Below are positions 59,413 through 64,000 of a stretch of DNA of 64,000 nt, piece by piece. This DNA comes from Sphingopyxis sp. (GTDB lineage: Bacteria; Pseudomonadota; Alphaproteobacteria; Sphingomonadales; Sphingomonadaceae): positions 129,229 to 193,228 of the forward strand of contig NZ_JAVJOJ010000001.1 in the NCBI RefSeq assembly GCF_040216815.1, given 5' to 3'. How positions within the stretch are numbered: position 1 is the stretch's first letter; each line of letters starts with the position of its first letter. The notes beneath the pieces are model-generated. The model was not told the DNA's origin, made no database searches, and saw only the letters and a program-made list of their open reading frames with translations. Made by a program: the position numbers and the translations under genes.

Positions 59413-60090
59413 CTATGCCGTCGGCGTGCGGTCCGCGATTCGCGTGTTGGCGCTCGCCAACTTGCCGCGCAGCGCGCGCGCAAAGCCTTCGTGCAGTTCG
59501 GCCGCGATATCGGGATTGGCGGCCAGATAGGCGCGAAGCGCCACTGCGGGCACGAACCACAGCCGGGCGTTGCTGCCGAGCACGACCGTGCCGGTCGCGT
59601 TCGATCCGTCGAGCACTGTCGCTTCACCGATCAACTCGCCCTCGGCCGATCGTCCGACCTCAACCCCGTCGCGCAAAATCGTCGCGCGGCCGTCGGCCAG
59701 ATAGAAAAGGCTGGGCGCGGCCTGGTTCTCGCGGATCAGTACCTCGCCGCGCCTCGCCGAAATCCAGTGCCCCTGATCGATAAGACGGCGCGCGGCAACC
59801 GCGCTCAGCCGACGAAAATGGCGGCGGCGCAATTCCTCATCCTCGGGCGAGAAGCGCACCTTGGCGCCGCGCAGCCAGAGCCGCGCGAGAATGCCGATAT
59901 TGACCGCGAGGATCGCGAGAACGAGTAGGCTGTAGCCGGGGTCCGAGGCGCGAAAGAGGGTAAGCGGCAGCGCGACGAGCGCAGCCGCGGCAAGGCCGAT
60001 GCGTGCATAGTCGATGCGCACGACGAAACTTGTCGCCAGAAGGAGCAGCAATGCCCCGTAGAGGAACCACGCAGAGTCGAAACTCGCCAT
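59413..60090 (-). CDS. Membrane protein with a cyclic-nucleotide-binding (Popeye-like) domain
   Basis: About 3 N-terminal TM helices, then a CNBD (GEVLIRE, LFYLADG, IGE); no HTH. Confidence 0.75.
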   Translation of the reverse strand: MASFDSAWFLYGALLLLLATSFVVRIDYARIGLAAAALVALPLTLFRASDPGYSLLVLAILAVNIGILARLWLRGAKVRFSPEDEELRRRHFRRLSAVAARRLIDQGHWISARRGEVLIRENQAAPSLFYLADGRATILRDGVEVGRSAEGELIGEATVLDGSNATGTVVLGSNARLWFVPAVALRAYLAANPDIAAELHEGFARALRGKLASANTRIADRTPTA

Positions 60091-60339
60091 AGCCAATCGC
60101 TCGCATCCCGGCCCCGATAGAGACCCCTGGGTGTATGACGTTGCCGATAGCTCCGTGCCTTGCGCGCTCCGCCACCGCCCAAAGCCGCAATAAACTATCA
60201 GTTCCTGGTCCCGAAGAAAAGCATAGGTGCGCAAATGTCACGATAATGCTAATTATCCGCCTCGTCCGTGCTGCGAGCGTTGCACCGGGCGGGCATTCGC
60301 GCCATGGGGCGCATGATTCGACGATGAAATGACAGGCAA

Positions 60340-61713
60340 ATGACGAAAAACTGGCAACCGCATAGCTGGCGCACGCACGAGGCCCGCCAGCTTCCCACCT
60401 ATCGCGACGCCGATGCCCTCGCGGCCGCCGAGCGCGAGCTTGCGGACTATCCGCCGCTCGTCTTTGCAGGCGAAGCGCGCGCGCTGACGAGCGAGCTCGC
60501 CCGCGTTGCCGAGGGCAAGGCGTTCCTGCTCCAGGGCGGCGACTGCGCGGAGAGCTTTGCCGAATTTCATCCGAACAATATCCGCGACACCTTTCGCGTG
60601 CTGCTTCAGATGGCGGTCGTGCTCACCTTCGCCTCGAAGATGCCCGTGGTGAAGCTCGGCCGCATGGCGGGCCAGTTCGCCAAGCCGCGTTCGGCGGACA
60701 TGGAGGAAGTGGACGGCGTTTCGCTGCCCAGCTACCGCGGCGATATCATCAACGACATCGCCTTCGAGGAGGCAGGGCGCGAACCCGACCCCGCGCGCAT
60801 GGTCAAGGCGTATAACCAGTCGGCGGCGACGCTCAATCTGCTGCGTGCCTTTGCCGGCGGCGGCTATGCCAATCTGCACCAGGTCAACGCCTGGACGCAC
60901 GACTTCATGGACCGCAGCCCCTGGGCCAAGAAATATCAGGAAACCGCGGCGCGGATTTCTGAAGCGCTCGCCTTTATGGAAGCGTGCGGTGTGACCCCCG
61001 AAACGGTACCGCAGATCAAGGGCACAAGCTTCTACACCAGCCACGAGGCGCTGCTGCTCCCCTATGAGCAGGCGCTCACCCGGCAGGACAGCCTGACCGG
61101 CGGCTGGTACGACACGTCGGGTCATTTCCTGTGGGTCGGCGACCGCACCCGCTTCGAAGGGTCGGCGCATATCGAATATCTGCGCGGCATCGGCAATCCC
61201 GTCGGGATGAAATGCGGCCCGAGCCTGGAGCCCGACGTGTTGCTGCGCCTGCTCGACACGCTCAACCCCAATCATGTCGCGGGCCGGATGACGCTGATCA
61301 CCCGCTATGGCCACGACAAGATCGAGGCGCATCTGCCAAAGCTCGTGCGCGCGGTGAAAGAATCGGGGCATCCGGTCGTCTGGTCGTGCGACCCGATGCA
61401 CGGCAACGTCATCAAGACCTCGACCGGCTACAAGACGCGGCCGTTCGAGCGTATCCTTGCCGAAGTGCGCGGCTTTTTCGCCGTCCACCGCGCCGAAGGG
61501 ACGCATGGCGGCGGCATCCATATCGAAATGACCGGCCAGAATGTCACCGAATGCACCGGCGGCGCGATGGACGTGACCCAGATGGACCTCGCCGACCGCT
61601 ATCACACGCACTGCGACCCGCGTTTGAACGCGGGGCAGTCGTTGGAGCTGGCCTTCCTGCTTGCCGAAATGCTCAATCAGGAAATGGCGGACCGGGCGAA
61701 ACAGGCGGCTTAA
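60340..61713 (+). CDS. Class II DAHP synthase
   Basis: [34 protein letters not shown] and CDPRLN motifs. Confidence 0.95.
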   Translation: MTKNWQPHSWRTHEARQLPTYRDADALAAAERELADYPPLVFAGEARALTSELARVAEGKAFLLQGGDCAESFAEFHPNNIRDTFRVLLQMAVVLTFASKMPVVKLGRMAGQFAKPRSADMEEVDGVSLPSYRGDIINDIAFEEAGREPDPARMVKAYNQSAATLNLLRAFAGGGYANLHQVNAWTHDFMDRSPWAKKYQETAARISEALAFMEACGVTPETVPQIKGTSFYTSHEALLLPYEQALTRQDSLTGGWYDTSGHFLWVGDRTRFEGSAHIEYLRGIGNPVGMKCGPSLEPDVLLRLLDTLNPNHVAGRMTLITRYGHDKIEAHLPKLVRAVKESGHPVVWSCDPMHGNVIKTSTGYKTRPFERILAEVRGFFAVHRAEGTHGGGIHIEMTGQNVTECTGGAMDVTQMDLADRYHTHCDPRLNAGQSLELAFLLAEMLNQEMADRAKQAA

Positions 61714-61742
61714 AATAGGGACAGTCCCTATTTTAAGCCGCC
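61704..61742. repeat. 39-bp perfect palindrome with an AT-rich core
   Basis: GGCGGCTTAAAATAGGGAC-A-GTCCCTATTTTAAGCCGCC. Confidence 0.9.
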
Positions 61743-61820
61743 CCCGCGAAGGCGGGGGCCTATCTCCGATCGTTTAATTCCGAAACACCCGGTGATGGGT
61801 CCCCGCCTTCGCGGGGACAC
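61737..61820. repeat. REP-like doublet (CCCCCGCGAAGGCGGGGG type)
   Basis: CCCCCGCGAAGGCGGGGGCCTATC ... GATGGGTCCCCGCCTTCGCGGGGAC. Confidence 0.8.
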
Positions 61821-61839
61821 ACTGGCTTCTTTCTCGGCG

Positions 61840-63348
61840 CTACTTCTCGGTCCCGCGCCACCGCTTCGTATCGGCGAACGCCCGCCCCAGCGCGACGTGC
61901 AGGTCGGCGTCCTCCGCCGCGCCGCCGAGCGGGATCTTGTCGGAGAAATTGTCGGCCGCGCTGTGATAGTGGCTCGACAGAAACGCCTCGAGCAGCTTCA
62001 TGTCCGAAAAGCTGCCGCCGACCATCAGCGACGTCACGCCCTTTGCGCCGAGCGCCCAGCCGTCCTGCCGCTGGATGAACGCATCGGCCTCGCCATCCTC
62101 GTCGAGCGTTCGGCCAAGCTTGGTCGCCACCTCGCGCACCACCGCGTCATAGGCGGGCTTGCCGCGCCCGATCGTCGCGACGGGCGTACCGCGCGGCGAG
62201 ATCGCGATCGTATCGACGTTGAGCGCGACGGTGATGGCGCCGAGGGGCACGACCGGATGATCGGCGAACCAGCGCGCGCCGAGCAGCCCCTTTTCCTCGG
62301 CGGTTGTCGCGAGGAAATAGATGTCGCGATCGGGCCGCGCGCCCTTGCCCAGCCGCTTCGCGACCTCGATCAGCACCGCGATGCCGCTCGCATTGTCGAC
62401 CGCGCCGTTGCAGATGCGGTCGGCTTCGCCCTCGGGTACGCAAAGGCCCAGATGGTCCCAGTGACCGAGAAAGAGCACCGCCTTGCCGTCGGGCCGGGCG
62501 CCGGGCAATTTGGCAACGACATTGTGGCTGGCAAAGGCGCGCACCGCCGACTGTGCGGTGAAATCCGCGGTCGCAGGCAGCGCCGCGCCCTTGTAACCCG
62601 GCGATTTCGCCGCCGCGCGCAGCGCAGCGCCATCCTGCCCCGCGGCTTTGAACAGCGCGTCGGCGGCGGCGCCCGACAGGAAACCGCTCACCGGCGCGCC
62701 GGCCTTGGCACCGGCGAGCCGCATCGCCTTGCTGCCGACGCTTTCGCGCAGCGCGTCCCACGGCACCGCGTCGGTGGCGATCACCAGCACAGCAGCAGCG
62801 CCCGCATCGGCGAGTAGCTGGCGCCGCTCGCGATAACGCGGCAATTTGTCGCCAAAGGGCGCGTTATCGAACAACATGATCGCCAGCTTGCCTCTGACGT
62901 CGGCATTGACGTGCCCCGCCCCGTCGACGCCATAGCCGACAAAGACCGCGGGCACCCCCGCCAGCGACACCGACGCATCGCGTCCGTTCAGCAGGATCCC
63001 GTCATCGGCCAGCGCGAAATCGCGCCCCCGCACCTTGAACTTCGCGGTGCCGTTCAGCGCCTCGGTCTCGACGAACGGCACCGGCTGGAGCCATGGCGTC
63101 GCGCTGCCCGGAACGGCTTCGAGCCCTGCCTTCGCCCATTCGCCGACGATATAGGCGATGGTGCGATCCTCGCCATCGCTGCCTGGTGCGCGTCCTTCAA
63201 ACGCATCACCGGCAAGAATCCTCATATGCGCGGCGAGATCGGCCTCGGTGATGGGTGCATCGGCGGAGGCGGAAGCGGCGTGTGCAGACGCGGATGTTGT
63301 GACGAGCGCGGCGGCCGCGACGGCAGCGCGAAAGAAGATGGCTTTCAT
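61840..63348 (-). CDS. M28 family metallopeptidase with PA domain, exported
   Basis: GHWDHLG, NGAVDNASG, TAEEKGLLG, NVD and YH motifs. Confidence 0.9.
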   Translation of the reverse strand: MKAIFFRAAVAAAALVTTSASAHAASASADAPITEADLAAHMRILAGDAFEGRAPGSDGEDRTIAYIVGEWAKAGLEAVPGSATPWLQPVPFVETEALNGTAKFKVRGRDFALADDGILLNGRDASVSLAGVPAVFVGYGVDGAGHVNADVRGKLAIMLFDNAPFGDKLPRYRERRQLLADAGAAAVLVIATDAVPWDALRESVGSKAMRLAGAKAGAPVSGFLSGAAADALFKAAGQDGAALRAAAKSPGYKGAALPATADFTAQSAVRAFASHNVVAKLPGARPDGKAVLFLGHWDHLGLCVPEGEADRICNGAVDNASGIAVLIEVAKRLGKGARPDRDIYFLATTAEEKGLLGARWFADHPVVPLGAITVALNVDTIAISPRGTPVATIGRGKPAYDAVVREVATKLGRTLDEDGEADAFIQRQDGWALGAKGVTSLMVGGSFSDMKLLEAFLSSHYHSAADNFSDKIPLGGAAEDADLHVALGRAFADTKRWRGTEK

Positions 63349-63429
63349 GGGCGCGCGGCATGACATTTCCGCCGCGGGCAGGCAAGGCGGTTCGTCGAAC
63401 GACCAACGGCGGCCTGCCCCGCCCTATAG

Positions 63430-63457
63430 CGTCATCCCGACAAGCGCCACGATGACG
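63430..63457. repeat. Degenerate CGTC REP remnant
   Basis: CGTCATC-N14-GATGACG. Confidence 0.45.
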
Positions 63458-63561
63458 GGTCAGCGCCAGGGGCCTTGGTGCGACCGGCGCCCATATGCCC
63501 ATATCGCCCGCCTGTCGAAGCGTGCATTGCCAAGGACCGGGCGCGTCCCTAGATTTGCCGG

Positions 63562-64000
63562 ATGACCGACAATATTGCGCCCACGCCCAACGATCCCGCA
63601 GGCCCATGGGCCATCCCCGTCCGCCGGCCGTTGCCGGGCGAGGATCGGCCGCGGCGTACCTCCAGCTTTCCCCGCAAGGTCTGGGGCCTGCTCGTCGGGA
63701 TCAAGGATGCCTTGGCGCTGATATTCCTGCTGCTATTTTTCGTTGCCCTGTTCGGGCTGCTCGCGGGGCGGCCCAATGCGGGGCTGCCGGTGAGCAAGGG
63801 CGCGCTGCTCATCGAACTCGACGGCATCGTCAGCGAACAGCCCGCCGAGGTCGATCCCTTTGCGGCGCTGTCGGGCAGCGCCCAGATCAAGGAAACACGC
63901 ACGCGCGATGTTGTGCGCGCCCTCGAAACCGCGGCTGAGGACCAGCGCGTCACCTCGGTCGTGCTCGATCTTGATCGTTTCCTTGGCGGCGGACAGGTCT
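63562..64000 (+). CDS. sppA: Signal peptide peptidase SppA (67K type), 5' part truncated by the window edge
   Basis: Hand translation: KVWGLLVGIKDALALIFLLLFF..GALLIELDGIVSEQ..DVVRALETAAED.RV.SVVLDL. Confidence 0.85.
   Translation, partial: MTDNIAPTPNDPAGPWAIPVRRPLPGEDRPRRTSSFPRKVWGLLVGIKDALALIFLLLFFVALFGLLAGRPNAGLPVSKGALLIELDGIVSEQPAEVDPFAALSGSAQIKETRTRDVVRALETAAEDQRVTSVVLDLDRFLGGGQV

Noticed and set aside
60091-60234. 48-codon N-terminal extension of the Popeye-like ORF, or a possible leader RNA
   Set aside because: Atypical composition and no recognisable riboswitch motif; treated as promoter/UTR

Overview
GC-rich alphaproteobacterial chromosome segment. Gene content and REP-like repeats point to Sphingomonadaceae, probably Sphingopyxis-like (inference). 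About 65 core and metabolic genes: a large acyl-CoA/beta-oxidation cluster (1-14.5 kb), a queF/sseA-chrA-metC-mscS/ppa region, a LysR-controlled valine catabolic operon (22.8-30.6 kb), sodC, dcp, a divergent c-di-GMP pair (PAS-GGDEF-EAL-PilZ and PilZ-XRE regulator), queA/coaD/ispA/xseB, purL, Coq4-like and iodotyrosine-deiodinase-like genes, panB-yfgM-bamB-der-tusA-Hpt, a Popeye-like membrane cNMP-binding protein, class II DAHP synthase, an M28 peptidase and the 5' part of sppA. I saw no rRNA, tRNA, CRISPR array, prophage or transposase. Intergenic DNA carries at least four families of palindromic REP/MITE-like elements, one of them nested, plus several clear operator palindromes. Most notable: the PilZ-XRE / GGDEF-EAL-PilZ pair, the bacterial Popeye-like protein, a split ACAD10/11 (Lva-like) module with LiuR-type boxes, and a shared TGACA-N4-TGTCA operator linking a thioesterase to the Coq4-like gene. 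All calls come from motif recognition by eye; no database searches were run.
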